Shown: positions 29,664 to 40,470, numbered from the stretch's first letter. The stretch is 64,000 nucleotides of DNA from an uncultured Candidatus Saccharibacteria bacterium (GCA_964502615.1 CAZCXF010000001.1:50722-114721); one strand, 5' to 3'. Made by a program: numbers and translations. The notes: generated from the sequence alone by a model not told the origin.

Positions 29664-30707
29664 ATGAAATTATTTAAAAAGGATTCAAAAAAGATTCGAG
29701 TTGCTATTAATGGATTTGGTCGTATAGGTCGCGCTTTTGTAAAAATTGCATGGGATAGACCAGAGCTTGAGATAGTTGCTGTAAATGATCTGGGAACACT
29801 TGATAGTCTTACATATTTACTTAAACACGACACTGTATATCGCAACTGGAACCATGATGTAAAACATGATGGTAAAGATATTTGGATAGATGGCAAGCAA
29901 GTTCACTTTGTATTAGAGAAAGATACTACAAAACTTCCTTGGAAAGATTTAGATATCGATGTTGTAGTTGAGTCTACTGGTTTATTTACTGCATTTGAAA
30001 AAGCAAAATTCCATATAGATGATGGAGCTAAAAAAGTTGTCATTTCTGCGCCTAGTAAAGGTGACGGCAGTGTGCACGGAGAGACAATACTTCTAGGTAT
30101 AAACGAGGAAAAATTTGGTACTTGTGATATAACTTCAAATGCATCTTGCACTACAAATGCAGCTTCACCTTTAATCGGAATCTTGCACGAAGCACTTGGT
30201 ATAGAAAAGGCTGTGCTTTCAACTACTCATGGTTATACTGCAAGTCAATCACTTGTAGATGGGCCTAGCAAAAAAGATCTTCGTGAAGGTCGTGCTGCTG
30301 CTTGTAATATTGTTCCAAGCTCAACAGGTGCGGCTATTGCAGTAACAGAAGCCTTTCCAGACCTTAAAGGACTATTTGATGGTATATCATTACGCGTACC
30401 AGTACCGGCAGGATCTATTGTTGATGTAACATTTATATCCAAGAAAAATACTACAGCTGAAGAAGTAAATGAAATCTTAAAGAAAGCAGCAGGAAGCGAA
30501 AAATGGAGTAAGATTTTTGCAGTTACTGAAGAACCACTTGTATCTAGCGATATTCTCGGTGAATCTCATGGTTCAATAGCTGACCTTGCAATGACTCGAG
30601 TTATCGGTGGCAATCTTGTGAAAGTTCTAGGTTGGTATGACAATGAAATGTCATATACTCACACACTTGTAGATCACGTTATCAAAACTGGGCAAACTAT
30701 AAAGTAA
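29664..30707 (+). CDS. gap: glyceraldehyde-3-phosphate dehydrogenase
   Basis: INGFGRIGR and SNASCTTN motifs. Confidence 0.95.
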   Translation: MKLFKKDSKKIRVAINGFGRIGRAFVKIAWDRPELEIVAVNDLGTLDSLTYLLKHDTVYRNWNHDVKHDGKDIWIDGKQVHFVLEKDTTKLPWKDLDIDVVVESTGLFTAFEKAKFHIDDGAKKVVISAPSKGDGSVHGETILLGINEEKFGTCDITSNASCTTNAASPLIGILHEALGIEKAVLSTTHGYTASQSLVDGPSKKDLREGRAAACNIVPSSTGAAIAVTEAFPDLKGLFDGISLRVPVPAGSIVDVTFISKKNTTAEEVNEILKKAAGSEKWSKIFAVTEEPLVSSDILGESHGSIADLAMTRVIGGNLVKVLGWYDNEMSYTHTLVDHVIKTGQTIK

Positions 30708-30902
30708 ATGAAAGAACAATACATTTTAATATTGATTTTTACATTGCTAATTATTTCTTTATTACCAATAATCCCGAGTGGTATAAAATCAAATGCATAT
30801 CCACCACCAATGTCTGGGTCAGATAACAGACCAGAAATTCGTTGGAATTTATACCAATTTTTTGAATATAAAATTTTAGGCAAAGCTACACCTCTAACTT
30901 AG

Positions 30903-31679
30903 TTATCTAAACTCTCCTTTGAATACACACTTAGCTTCACCTATAAGCCAGATATTTTGATATGTGCCATCTTCTGCTTTCTTAAACATTATAGTCAGAT
31001 CTCCACCAGGCATTTTGATATTACAAATATTGGCTTTTAGTTTACCAAGAGAGTGACAAGCGATAGCAACAGATGTTGCTCCAGTTCCACATGCCCAAGT
31101 TTCATCTTCAACTCCGCGCTCGTATGTACGCACATGATATACTCCATCAATTTCTTCAACAAAGTTTACATTTACTCCATCAGGATCAGCGTTTCTGATC
31201 TTTCTACCAGCTTCAACAACTGGAAAGTTTTTAATATCTGTTATGAAGAAAATATTATGAGGTGTAGTGCCTTGGCAAATAAACGGTAAGTTGTTACGAG
31301 TAGATATTTCTTTTATATCTTGCATTTTAAGCCTAACTTCATCTCCTTTTATTTCTGCTTCATGTTCGCCATCTACTGCAATAAATTTTACTTTACTAGG
31401 ATCCTTAACCATCTTAAGTATATGATGTGCAAAGTGAACAATGCATCTTCCACCATTTCCACACATAGAACCCATACTTCCGTCGTTGTTTATAAAAACC
31501 ATTTTAAAATCATAACCTTTAGCTTCCTTAGCTAAGATCACGCCGTCCGCACCAATACCAAAACGCCTATGGCATAGTAACTTTATCTGCTCCACATCTT
31601 TTACATCAAAATTGCCATTACGATTATCTATCATAATAAAGTCATTCCCAGTACCATGGTATTTATAGAATTTAAGCAT
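30903..31679 (-). CDS. dapF: diaminopimelate epimerase
   Basis: YHGTGNDFIMID and the two catalytic Cys motifs (GSMCGNGGRC, WACGTGATS). Confidence 0.9.
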   Translation of the reverse strand: MLKFYKYHGTGNDFIMIDNRNGNFDVKDVEQIKLLCHRRFGIGADGVILAKEAKGYDFKMVFINNDGSMGSMCGNGGRCIVHFAHHILKMVKDPSKVKFIAVDGEHEAEIKGDEVRLKMQDIKEISTRNNLPFICQGTTPHNIFFITDIKNFPVVEAGRKIRNADPDGVNVNFVEEIDGVYHVRTYERGVEDETWACGTGATSVAIACHSLGKLKANICNIKMPGGDLTIMFKKAEDGTYQNIWLIGEAKCVFKGEFR

Positions 31680-31728
31680 ATGGGCCTATTATAATATGTT
31701 TTAATAAAATGGTATAATTCTCCTACAT

Positions 31729-32166
31729 ATGCATAAGGTATATATCGGATCTGATCACGCAGGATACGAGCTCAAAGAAAAGCTAAGGGTTTATTTAAGT
31801 AGCCTTGGTTATGAAGTTGAAGATAAAGGCGCTTTTTCTTTAAATCCAAACGATGACTATCCTGATTTTATTAAACCAGTAGCTATATCAGTTGTTAATG
31901 ATAAAAATAGTTTTGGGGTAATTCTAGGTGGTTCTGGAGAAGGAGAACAGATGGTTGCAAACAAAGTAGAGGGTGTTCGAGCTGCAGAATATTATGGAGG
32001 GGATTTAGAAATAGTAAGGCTTGCAAGAGAACACAATGATGCAAATATATTATCTTTAGGTGCTCGATTTTTAAAAGAAGATGAAGCAAAAAGCGCGGTG
32101 AAGATATTTTTAGAGACTCCATTTTCAAGAGAAGTTAGACATGAGCGTCGTATAAATAAAATGTAA
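31729..32166 (+). CDS. rpiB: ribose-5-phosphate isomerase B
   Basis: IGSDHAGYELKE. RpiB/LacAB family. Confidence 0.9.
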   Translation: MHKVYIGSDHAGYELKEKLRVYLSSLGYEVEDKGAFSLNPNDDYPDFIKPVAISVVNDKNSFGVILGGSGEGEQMVANKVEGVRAAEYYGGDLEIVRLAREHNDANILSLGARFLKEDEAKSAVKIFLETPFSREVRHERRINKM

Positions 32167-32168
32167 TT

Positions 32169-32858
32169 ATGACAGAAGTAATCCCGGCAATATTAGTTGA
32201 TAATTTTATAGAATTAAAAGAAAGATTGGCTCGAGTTGCTAATCTTGTTAAAACTGTCCAAATTGATATCTGTGATGGTAAATTTGTTCCTACAACATCT
32301 TGGCCTATTGGTAATAACAATATAGATAGTGTTGAATCAATACTAAATGAAGAAGATGGGTTGCCTTTTTGGGATTCAGTTGATTTTGAGTTTGATTTAA
32401 TGGTCACAAATGCTCATTTACAATTTGAATTCTTTACTAGACTCGGTGCAAAAAGAATAATTTTCCATTTAGAAGCAGAAGGGAATATTGATGAGTTCCG
32501 CGAATTTCTAGAAGGTATAGATATGTACACTAGAGAAAATATTGATATCGGTGTAGCTATAAACACAACAACAGATGTGAGCAACTTAGATAGTGTTATT
32601 CGTAACATTGATTTTGTTCAATGCATGGGTATCGAAAAGATTGGACATCAAGGAGAGCCTTTTGATGTGCGAGTCATAAATCAGATAGAAACATTGCGGG
32701 AGAAGTATCCTGAGCTTATAATAAGCGTAGATGGTAGCGTAAACGAAGCTACTGCACCAAGCTTAGTAGAAGCTGGAGCAAACAGACTTGTAGTTGGATC
32801 TGCTTTAATGAACAACTACGATGTCCGTGGAATGATAAAAGAATTAGAAAATTTATAA
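32169..32858 (+). CDS. rpe: ribulose-phosphate 3-epimerase-like TIM barrel
   Basis: IDICDGKFVPTTS, HLE and VDGSVN motifs resemble Rpe metal and phosphate binding sites. Confidence 0.7.
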   Translation: MTEVIPAILVDNFIELKERLARVANLVKTVQIDICDGKFVPTTSWPIGNNNIDSVESILNEEDGLPFWDSVDFEFDLMVTNAHLQFEFFTRLGAKRIIFHLEAEGNIDEFREFLEGIDMYTRENIDIGVAINTTTDVSNLDSVIRNIDFVQCMGIEKIGHQGEPFDVRVINQIETLREKYPELIISVDGSVNEATAPSLVEAGANRLVVGSALMNNYDVRGMIKELENL

Positions 32859-32859
32859 T

Positions 32860-33729
32860 ATGGAAAATCTTACAGATCAAAAAATTAGAGAATTAGAAAT
32901 CAAAGCAAATGATATTCGTGAGAGTATTATAGAAATGCTTCTCGAAGCAAAATCTGGCCATACAGCAGGACCTTTAGGCATGACAGATATTTTTACGCTA
33001 CTTTATTTTCACGCAATGAGACATGATCCTAATAGACCGGATTGGAAGGATCGAGACAGACTAGTACTCTCAAATGGTCATATAGCACCAGTATTGTACG
33101 CAACCATGGCTCATGCTGGGTATATGCCTGTTAAAGAGCTCTTATCTCTACGTAAATTTGGCTCTAGACTCCAAGGACACCCACATCGTGAATTTATGCC
33201 GTGGCTTGAGACATCATCAGGACCGCTTGGTTCAGGACTTTCTCAAGCAGTTGGAATGGCGCTTGCAGACCGAATAGATTACGGTGCAGGTACAGATAAA
33301 ACTATATATGCATTACTTTCTGATGGTGAACATGACGAAGGTAACACTTGGGAAGCTGTAATGCTTGCTGGAAAAGAGAAATTAAGAAATTTGGTAGCAA
33401 TTGTAGACAGAAACAATATTCAAATCGATGGCTATACAGAAAATGTTATGCCACTCGGTGATATGACAAGAAAATACGAAGAGTTCGGTTGGCATGCTCA
33501 AGAAATAGACGGACACAACTTTAGAGATATAAATGATGCGATACAAAAAGCAAAAGCTGTGTACGATAAACCATCAGTAATAATTGCACGCACTATACCA
33601 GGACGTGGAGTAAAAGAATTTGAGCGTGATTATCGCTGGCACGGAAAGGCTCCAAATAAAGAGGAGGCTGAGATGGCGCTTAAAGAACTACGAACACTTG
33701 GAGGAAAAATTAAAAGTGAGCACGAGTAA
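32860..33729 (+). CDS. transketolase, N-terminal (TPP-binding) subunit
   Basis: GHTAGPLGMTDIFTLLYFH and GDGE..EG motifs. Split-type transketolase. Confidence 0.9.
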   Translation: MENLTDQKIRELEIKANDIRESIIEMLLEAKSGHTAGPLGMTDIFTLLYFHAMRHDPNRPDWKDRDRLVLSNGHIAPVLYATMAHAGYMPVKELLSLRKFGSRLQGHPHREFMPWLETSSGPLGSGLSQAVGMALADRIDYGAGTDKTIYALLSDGEHDEGNTWEAVMLAGKEKLRNLVAIVDRNNIQIDGYTENVMPLGDMTRKYEEFGWHAQEIDGHNFRDINDAIQKAKAVYDKPSVIIARTIPGRGVKEFERDYRWHGKAPNKEEAEMALKELRTLGGKIKSEHE

Positions 33730-33734
33730 TTTGT

Positions 33735-34037
33735 ATGGAAAAAGTAGAAATATCAATACCAACAGCAGAGCAATTTGTTGAAAATATAAAGGAGACAGAT
33801 GCTAAAGATATAAAAACTGAGTTCATTGGCCGTATTGTTCTTATTATTATAGCAGGACTTGGTCTTATATCAGTTCTTGCCTGGGATGAAGCAATCAAAG
33901 ATCTATACAAGCACATCGTAGAAGATGCCGAATCTTTATCTGGTAAATTTGGTTATGCAATACTTATAACTCTAATTGGTGTAATCATCTCTATAATACT
34001 TGGAAGAATATTCATAAAACGTAAAACAAAAATTTAG
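33735..34037 (+). CDS. hypothetical small membrane protein (2 TM)
   Basis: 100 aa. Lies between the two transketolase halves. Confidence 0.4.
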   Translation: MEKVEISIPTAEQFVENIKETDAKDIKTEFIGRIVLIIIAGLGLISVLAWDEAIKDLYKHIVEDAESLSGKFGYAILITLIGVIISIILGRIFIKRKTKI

Positions 34038-34038
34038 T

Positions 34039-34314
34039 ATGCAACTATTAGTTGGAATAATAATTGGTTTCATAATTTCAGAAATAATCTCAGGCAGAAC
34101 ACCTGGAAAAAATCGGTTTTATAAAAGTCTTAAATTTAACTTCAAAAATTACTCATTTCATATACATCACTGGATGTGGTCAATTGTTCTTCTTTTGATT
34201 ATAAACTATAATGGATATGTAAATTTTCTTATTGATGGGGTGCTCCTCGGTATATGTATACAAGGTTTAACATACAAAGATTATTCAGAATATTTTAAAA
34301 TCATTAAGAAATAA
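34039..34314 (+). CDS. hypothetical small membrane protein (2 TM)
   Basis: 91 aa. Directly precedes the transketolase C-terminal subunit. Confidence 0.4.
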   Translation: MQLLVGIIIGFIISEIISGRTPGKNRFYKSLKFNFKNYSFHIHHWMWSIVLLLIINYNGYVNFLIDGVLLGICIQGLTYKDYSEYFKIIKK

Positions 34315-34322
34315 ATTAACCC

Positions 34323-35321
34323 ATGCTAAACGATAAATACAAATTAAATCCTAAAATTTTCAATGACGATGTTGAGCAAGTGCCGATTCGCCAAGGTTTT
34401 GGTGATGGACTGCTTCAAGCTGGGATTGAAAATGATAATATCGTAGCACTTTGTGCAGATCTAACTGAATCCACAAAGATGAATATGTTCGCTGAAAAAT
34501 TCCCTAATAGATTCATTGAAATAGGAGTTGCAGAACAAAACCTTGCAACAGTAGCATCTGGTATGGCAGCTATGGGGAAGATCCCATTTATATCTTCATA
34601 TGCTATGTTTTCACCTGGAAGAAACTGGGAACAAATTCGTACTACAATTTGCTACAATGACCGCCCTGTTAAAATCGCAGGTTCACATGCTGGTATTTCA
34701 GTTGGTCCTGATGGAGGAACACACCAAGCTGTGGAAGATATAGCAATTACTCGTGTTATACCTAAAATGGTAGTTATATCTCCATGCGATAGTATTGAAG
34801 CTAAGAAAGCTACTCTTCTATGTGCTAAAACTACAGATCCTACTTACTTACGCCTTGCTCGTGAAAAAACTCCAATTATGACCACAGAAGAAACTCCGTT
34901 TGAAATAGGCAAGGCACAAATTGTATTTATTCCAGAAAACGGTTTAGCTGAGGTGGGAATAATAGCTACAGGTGCGCTACTTTATAGAGCATTAATCGTT
35001 GCAAAAGAATTAGAAAAGAAGGGAACTAAGGTTAAAGTTATGAATCTTTCAACTATAAAACCTCTAGATATTGAATCAATAGTTGCACTTGCAAAAGAAA
35101 CTAGGTGTATAGTTACTGTGGAAGAACACCAAATTAGTGGCGGTATGGGTTCTGCAGTTGCTGAGTGCTTATCTCTATATTATCCAACGCCGATAGAGTT
35201 TGTAGGTGTAAATGACGAATTTGGCCAATCCGGGACGCCAGATGAACTTATAGAAAGATATGGTATGGGTGAAGATGGTATAAAAAAAGCTATAGAAAAA
35301 GTGTTGAAGAGGAAGATATAA
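34323..35321 (+). CDS. transketolase, C-terminal (pyrimidine-binding) subunit
   Basis: GVAEQNLATVASGMA and the transketolase C-domain. Confidence 0.9.
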   Translation: MLNDKYKLNPKIFNDDVEQVPIRQGFGDGLLQAGIENDNIVALCADLTESTKMNMFAEKFPNRFIEIGVAEQNLATVASGMAAMGKIPFISSYAMFSPGRNWEQIRTTICYNDRPVKIAGSHAGISVGPDGGTHQAVEDIAITRVIPKMVVISPCDSIEAKKATLLCAKTTDPTYLRLAREKTPIMTTEETPFEIGKAQIVFIPENGLAEVGIIATGALLYRALIVAKELEKKGTKVKVMNLSTIKPLDIESIVALAKETRCIVTVEEHQISGGMGSAVAECLSLYYPTPIEFVGVNDEFGQSGTPDELIERYGMGEDGIKKAIEKVLKRKI

Positions 35322-35356
35322 AAAAAGCCCGTCGCATCATGACGGGCTTTCAAAAT
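35322..35356. terminator. bidirectional hairpin gcccgtcgcatcatgacgggc
   Basis: Perfect 8-bp stem with flanking A/T runs. Confidence 0.7.
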
Positions 35357-35374
35357 AAATATTCTGCTGGTCAA

Positions 35375-35683
35375 TTACATTGAAAAAAGTTTCTCCTCAA
35401 AAAGACGATCGGCAGGCAATTGGGTTGCAATTCTGTTCTTACAGTAATCTCTTTTTGTGAAATTTCTTTTTAGTTGTTCTTCAACCCGGAGCAAGGGTAT
35501 TTCAGGGCGAACACCTTTTTCCCAGTATGCAGACCAAATTTTAGTCAGCGCATTTATTTGGGTTTCAAAGTAACTTTGCCAATTTTTTAGAACAGAGTAA
35601 TCTCTTGTTCCTTCATAGTTGTTTTGGAGCTGATGATTCTGATTCATAAAAGAAGAATTTTGGGTTAATAAATCTAGACTCAA
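35375..35683 (-). CDS. hypothetical protein
   Basis: 102 aa with no recognisable motif. Confidence 0.3.
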   Translation of the reverse strand: MSLDLLTQNSSFMNQNHQLQNNYEGTRDYSVLKNWQSYFETQINALTKIWSAYWEKGVRPEIPLLRVEEQLKRNFTKRDYCKNRIATQLPADRLFEEKLFSM

Positions 35684-35765
35684 TTTGTTTAGGGTATTAT
35701 AGCAAATAAATTACATAAAGTCAAGTAAAAAGAGCTTACCATATAAGCTCTTTTTACTGTTATAT

Positions 35766-36755
35766 TTATATTTTCTGAATTTTGTAATCTTCCGGTGCTT
35801 TTTGCAAATATTCTTCAATTTTTTCAGAAGTCAGTAGTCCTTTTTGTGCACCTACAAATTGAGTTACAGACATTGCATTGATCGGAGCCCAAGTCAGTGC
35901 TTCAGCTAAAGTTTTTCCCATGGCTAAACATGCAGTTATTGTAGACTCATATGCATCTCCAGCTCCAGTTCGCTCAATAGGAGTGTGGGGGTAAACTGGC
36001 ATAAACCACATATCGCCATTTTCCTCACGAGCATATGCACCCTTTATACCATCTGTCATAACTATAGTCTTTGGACCAAGTGCGTGAAGCATGTCCATTA
36101 ATTTTTTAGGATCCATTTCCGAAGAAGAAAGAATGCGTTGTGCTTCTTCTAGGTTACAATAAAATATCTCAGTTTGAGCATAAATATCTTTTAATTTTTC
36201 AGTTCCAAGTTTTATTTGAAAAGTTCCAGGTTGAAAAGCAAGCTTAGTCTCAGGGTGAGCTTTAAGCCACTCTGCTATTTCATGATGAAAATCTTCAGTA
36301 TTTTCTCCAAGAGAAGATAAGTAAATCCATTTTGGAGGTTTAATATCTTTAAAATGTCTTTCAAATGGTGCGTGATTTACTAAGATAGTTCTCTCTGGCC
36401 CATACCAAAGTACATAATGATAATTTGTAGGGAGTTTTGGATCTGTTTCAATATAATCTAGACTTACATTATTATCAGCTAGTGCTTTCATGCACTCTTT
36501 TCCATAGCTATCATTACCAACCACACCAGAAAGAGCTGAATTTAGACCTAATCTACTTGCAGAAACAGCAGCATTGGCACTATTTCCAACGGCGTAAATT
36601 ATCTCATGAAATTCATAGGGTACTTTATCTCCAAAACGAACACAGAGTTTGCAGTGCTCTTGGTCAAGATCGCAAGTTGCCTCAGCATCCTTTATTCTTA
36701 TAAAATCATCGACAACCAAGTCGCCGATAGCTAAAAAATCAATTTGTTTATCCAT
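35766..36755 (-). CDS. PfkB-family carbohydrate kinase
   Basis: Ribokinase-like fold with a C-terminal GAGDAY anion hole. Confidence 0.8.
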   Translation of the reverse strand: MDKQIDFLAIGDLVVDDFIRIKDAEATCDLDQEHCKLCVRFGDKVPYEFHEIIYAVGNSANAAVSASRLGLNSALSGVVGNDSYGKECMKALADNNVSLDYIETDPKLPTNYHYVLWYGPERTILVNHAPFERHFKDIKPPKWIYLSSLGENTEDFHHEIAEWLKAHPETKLAFQPGTFQIKLGTEKLKDIYAQTEIFYCNLEEAQRILSSSEMDPKKLMDMLHALGPKTIVMTDGIKGAYAREENGDMWFMPVYPHTPIERTGAGDAYESTITACLAMGKTLAEALTWAPINAMSVTQFVGAQKGLLTSEKIEEYLQKAPEDYKIQKI

Positions 36756-36794
36756 ACTACGTGGATTATATCACACTATGATATAATCCTAAAT

Positions 36795-37661
36795 ATGAAA
36801 ACACTGCGGGAAATCATAAAAGAGGCATCAGATAAAAGAGTTGCTGTTGGGCATTTTAATATCTCAAATTTAGAAGGCTTACATGGTATATATCAGGCGG
36901 CAAAAAAACTTGGACTTCCAGTTATTATTGGTGTATCTGAAGGAGAAGAAAAATTTGTTGGACGCGAAGAAGTGGTAGCTCTAATACGCACACTAAGAGA
37001 AAGAGATAATTATCCAATATATTTAAATGCTGATCACCATTCATCATTTGAAAGTGTAAAAGCTTGTATCGATGCCGGTTTTGATATGGCAATAATAGAT
37101 TGTGCAAAATTACCTTTTGAAGACAATGTAAAAATAACAAGAGAATGCGTAGAATATGCAAGAAAAATTACAAAAGAAACAGGGCGAGATATTTTAATAG
37201 AAGCTGAACTTGGGTTCATTGGTTCTGGTTCTGATATTAAAGATACAATACCAGAAGGCGCTGGAATATTAACTACACCAGAAGATGCAAAAAAATATGT
37301 TGAACAAACTGGTATAGATATGTTTGCGCCTTCAGTTGGATCTATACATGGGCTCATTAAAAGTGGTAAACCACATATTGATACAGACAGGGTCAGAGAA
37401 ATAAAAAATGCAGTAGGTATTCCGCTTGTGCTTCACGGTGGATCTGGTCTTCGCGATGAGGATTTTACAAATGCAATTTCTGCTGGAATTTCAGTAATTC
37501 ATATAAATTCAGAGCTTAGACTTGCATATGAGCAAGCTGTTGGAAAATTCATAAAGGAAAATCCAGAAGAGATTGTTCCTGCAAAAATTTTAGCAGGTGC
37601 GGTAGAGGCAATAGAGCAGATAGTAGAGAATAGATTAAAACTTTTTAACAACATTAAATAA
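36795..37661 (+). CDS. fba: class II fructose/tagatose-bisphosphate aldolase
   Basis: HFNISNLEG, DHH and LHGGSG motifs. Confidence 0.9.
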   Translation: MKTLREIIKEASDKRVAVGHFNISNLEGLHGIYQAAKKLGLPVIIGVSEGEEKFVGREEVVALIRTLRERDNYPIYLNADHHSSFESVKACIDAGFDMAIIDCAKLPFEDNVKITRECVEYARKITKETGRDILIEAELGFIGSGSDIKDTIPEGAGILTTPEDAKKYVEQTGIDMFAPSVGSIHGLIKSGKPHIDTDRVREIKNAVGIPLVLHGGSGLRDEDFTNAISAGISVIHINSELRLAYEQAVGKFIKENPEEIVPAKILAGAVEAIEQIVENRLKLFNNIK

Positions 37662-37662
37662 T

Positions 37663-37983
37663 ATGCTGATTTGGATAGCACCATTATCTCTACTAATAGT
37701 TTTTGAAATAGTGGCTGATATTTTTGCAAAAGAGTACTCTTTAAAAGGTAATTGGTTATTTTGGGCTTTATCCATAACGGGCTATATATTGGCAAATATT
37801 TTTTGGCTCTCCGCTATCAAAAATGGTTCCGGTCTTGCAAGAGGTGCTATTATATTTTCAGTGGCATCTGCATTAATTGCAACAATATTAGGTATTTACT
37901 TTTACAACGAGAGTACAAATAAAATCCAAATGATAGGTATGCTTTTAGGAGTTGTTTCTTTAATATTAATTTTTTGGGAATAA
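37663..37983 (+). CDS. SMR (small multidrug resistance)-family 4-TM transporter
   Basis: 106 aa, 4 TM, with a conserved Glu in TM1 (FEIVAD). Confidence 0.7.
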   Translation: MLIWIAPLSLLIVFEIVADIFAKEYSLKGNWLFWALSITGYILANIFWLSAIKNGSGLARGAIIFSVASALIATILGIYFYNESTNKIQMIGMLLGVVSLILIFWE

Positions 37984-38002
37984 ATAATATATAATAATCT
38001 AT

Positions 38003-39721
38003 ATGAAAGATGAGATATTAAAATTTTTTAAGGGGGAAGTAGAAGACAACGAGGAAACACTTCTAAAGTATTCAAAAGATGCGTCACTTCTTGAAGTTAA
38101 ACCAGAACTTGTAGTTTTCCCAAAAAACTCTGAAGATGTAAGGGCTTTAGTTAAATGGGCAGGGGACAATAAAGAAAAATTTCCGAAATTATCTCTAACT
38201 TCAAGATCAGCCGGTACTTGCATGTCAGGTGGTGCTATTGGGGAGTCGATAATTATCGATTTCACTAGGCACATGAATGCTATTGAAAAAATTGAAAATG
38301 TATCACCATTTCAAATAACTCCCAAATATCCAAACGCACACGAGATCACAATCACAGGAGAAGCTATCGTTATGCCGGGTTGCTATTATCGAGATTTTGA
38401 ACCAAAAACATTAGAAAAAGGGCTGCTTTTGCCTTGTTATACTGCATCAAAGAGTCTAAATGCACTTGGAGGTATGGTTGGCAACAATTCTGGAGGTGAG
38501 AAGACTTTAAACTACGGAAAGATGGAAGATTATATAAAAGAATTATCTGTTGTGTTTGCTGACGGCAGAGAATATGTGGTTAAACCATTAACTAAAAAAG
38601 AGTTGTACAGTAAAATTGCTCAAGGTGATTTTGAAGGTGAAATATATAAAAATATTTTTGCATTAATCAATGAGAACAAGGAAGAAATAAAAAAAGCAAA
38701 ACCAAACGTTTCCAAAAATTCTGCGGGTTACTATTTGTGGAATGTCTGGGACGAAGAAAAAGAAATTTTTGATTTAACAAAGTTGATCGTTGGCTCTCAA
38801 GGAACACTAGGAATTGTTACCAAGATAACTCTACATCTAGTTAATGTGAAAAAATCTTCAAAACTCGTAGTTGTTTTTATGAAAGATATAGGAAGACTTG
38901 GTGAATTAGTGGACACCATACTTCCGCATCACCCTGAGAGTCTAGAATCATACGACGATGCTACTATGAAACTTGCCATCAAATTCTTCCCGGATTTTTT
39001 AAAAAAGAAAGGTGTATGGGGAATGATAAAATTTATGTGGAGTTTCTGGCCTGAAGTAATAATGATGAGTACATTTGGCATACCAAAACTCATTTTATTG
39101 GTTGAGTTTGCGGGTGATAGTGAAAAAGAAATAGATAGTAAAGCTCGTGCATTACTCCCTGATCTTAAAAAATTCCCATTTAAAGTCCGCACTACTACAT
39201 CTCAAACAGAATCTGAGAAATATTGGGATATTAGACGCGAAAGTTTTGCTCTCTTACGTAAACATGTCAAAGACAAGCATACTGCACCATTTATAGATGA
39301 CATCATAGTTCGTCCAGAATTTCTGCCTGAATTTTTACCAAAATTAAATAAAATATTAAATAAATATCCAATTACTTATACCATAGCAGGTCATGCTGGA
39401 AATGGAAATTTTCATATAATTCCACTCATGGATTTTGCTGATACTAAAACTGCTCCAATAATAGTAGACCTGTCGAAAGAAGTTTATGATCTAGTGTTTG
39501 AATATAGAGGTTCAACAACTGGAGAACACAATGACGGTATAATCCGTTCGCCATTTTTAGCTCAAATGTTTGGTGACAAGATTTATGCGCTGTTTGAAAA
39601 AACTAAAGAGTTGTTTGATGCTAAAAACATCCTAAACCCAGGTAAAAAAGTGGGTGGAACTATTGAGTACTTAAAATCTCACATAATAAAGGAAGCTCAC
39701 GAACATTCTCATAAGGTATAA
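38003..39721 (+). CDS. FAD-linked oxidase (GlcD / D-lactate dehydrogenase-like)
   Basis: PCMH-type FAD-binding domain (RSAGTCMSGGAIG, GTLGIVTKITL) plus a C-terminal oxidase domain. Confidence 0.85.
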   Translation: MKDEILKFFKGEVEDNEETLLKYSKDASLLEVKPELVVFPKNSEDVRALVKWAGDNKEKFPKLSLTSRSAGTCMSGGAIGESIIIDFTRHMNAIEKIENVSPFQITPKYPNAHEITITGEAIVMPGCYYRDFEPKTLEKGLLLPCYTASKSLNALGGMVGNNSGGEKTLNYGKMEDYIKELSVVFADGREYVVKPLTKKELYSKIAQGDFEGEIYKNIFALINENKEEIKKAKPNVSKNSAGYYLWNVWDEEKEIFDLTKLIVGSQGTLGIVTKITLHLVNVKKSSKLVVVFMKDIGRLGELVDTILPHHPESLESYDDATMKLAIKFFPDFLKKKGVWGMIKFMWSFWPEVIMMSTFGIPKLILLVEFAGDSEKEIDSKARALLPDLKKFPFKVRTTTSQTESEKYWDIRRESFALLRKHVKDKHTAPFIDDIIVRPEFLPEFLPKLNKILNKYPITYTIAGHAGNGNFHIIPLMDFADTKTAPIIVDLSKEVYDLVFEYRGSTTGEHNDGIIRSPFLAQMFGDKIYALFEKTKELFDAKNILNPGKKVGGTIEYLKSHIIKEAHEHSHKV

Positions 39722-39723
39722 GT

Positions 39724-40410
39724 TTGTCAAAAAGTAAATATTATGCTATTATTGCGCCTATGCAAACATTAACATTAACCGCAACAAAGCGAAGTAAGGC
39801 AGACAGGCTAGAAGCTATACGAATTAAAGGTATGATTCCAGCTGTTGTCTATGGCGCTCGAGTGGAAAATACATCTATTTCCGTACCGAGTGTTTCTTTT
39901 GAAAAGACCTTAAAGATGGCCGGAGAATCAAGTACTATAGTGCTTGATATTGAAGGAAGTAAAGTAGATGTACTTATTCATGATGTTCAAGTTGACCCAA
40001 TCAAGGGTTTTCCTATACATATAGACTTTTTAGCTGTCGATATGAACAAACCTGTTGAAGTCGCAGTTCCTCTTGAATTCACAGGAGTATCTCAAGCTGA
40101 AAAAGATGGCCTAGGCTCTCTAGTAAAGGTTCTTCACGAAGTAGAAATAAGAGCCCTTCCAAAAGACCTTCCACATTCAATCATAGTTGATATATCACCA
40201 CTTGTAACATTGGCTGACCAAATACATGTGAAAGATTTGACTGTAGCAAAAGAAATTACTGTTATAACTGATTCAGATGAAGTAGTAGCACTTGTTGCTC
40301 CAGCTAAAGCTGAAAAGGTTGAAGAAGAAGCTCCAGTTGATCTATCAAGCATAGAAGTGGAAAAGAAAGGTAAGAAAGAGGAAGAAGGTGAAGCTACAGA
40401 AGAAAAATAA
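39724..40410 (+). CDS. rplY: 50S ribosomal protein L25 / general stress protein Ctc
   Basis: L25 N-domain (RIKGMIPAVVYG) with the Ctc-type C-terminal extension and an acidic tail. Confidence 0.85.
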   Translation: MSKSKYYAIIAPMQTLTLTATKRSKADRLEAIRIKGMIPAVVYGARVENTSISVPSVSFEKTLKMAGESSTIVLDIEGSKVDVLIHDVQVDPIKGFPIHIDFLAVDMNKPVEVAVPLEFTGVSQAEKDGLGSLVKVLHEVEIRALPKDLPHSIIVDISPLVTLADQIHVKDLTVAKEITVITDSDEVVALVAPAKAEKVEEEAPVDLSSIEVEKKGKKEEEGEATEEK

Positions 40411-40420
40411 ATTTTATATA

Positions 40421-40450
40421 AAAACCCTAGATCACAATTCTAGGGTTTTT
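40421..40450 (+). terminator. rho-independent terminator aaaaccctag...ctagggtttt
   Basis: 10-bp stem followed by a T-run. Confidence 0.7.
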
Positions 40451-40470
40451 ATATGTTATAATAGACCAGT

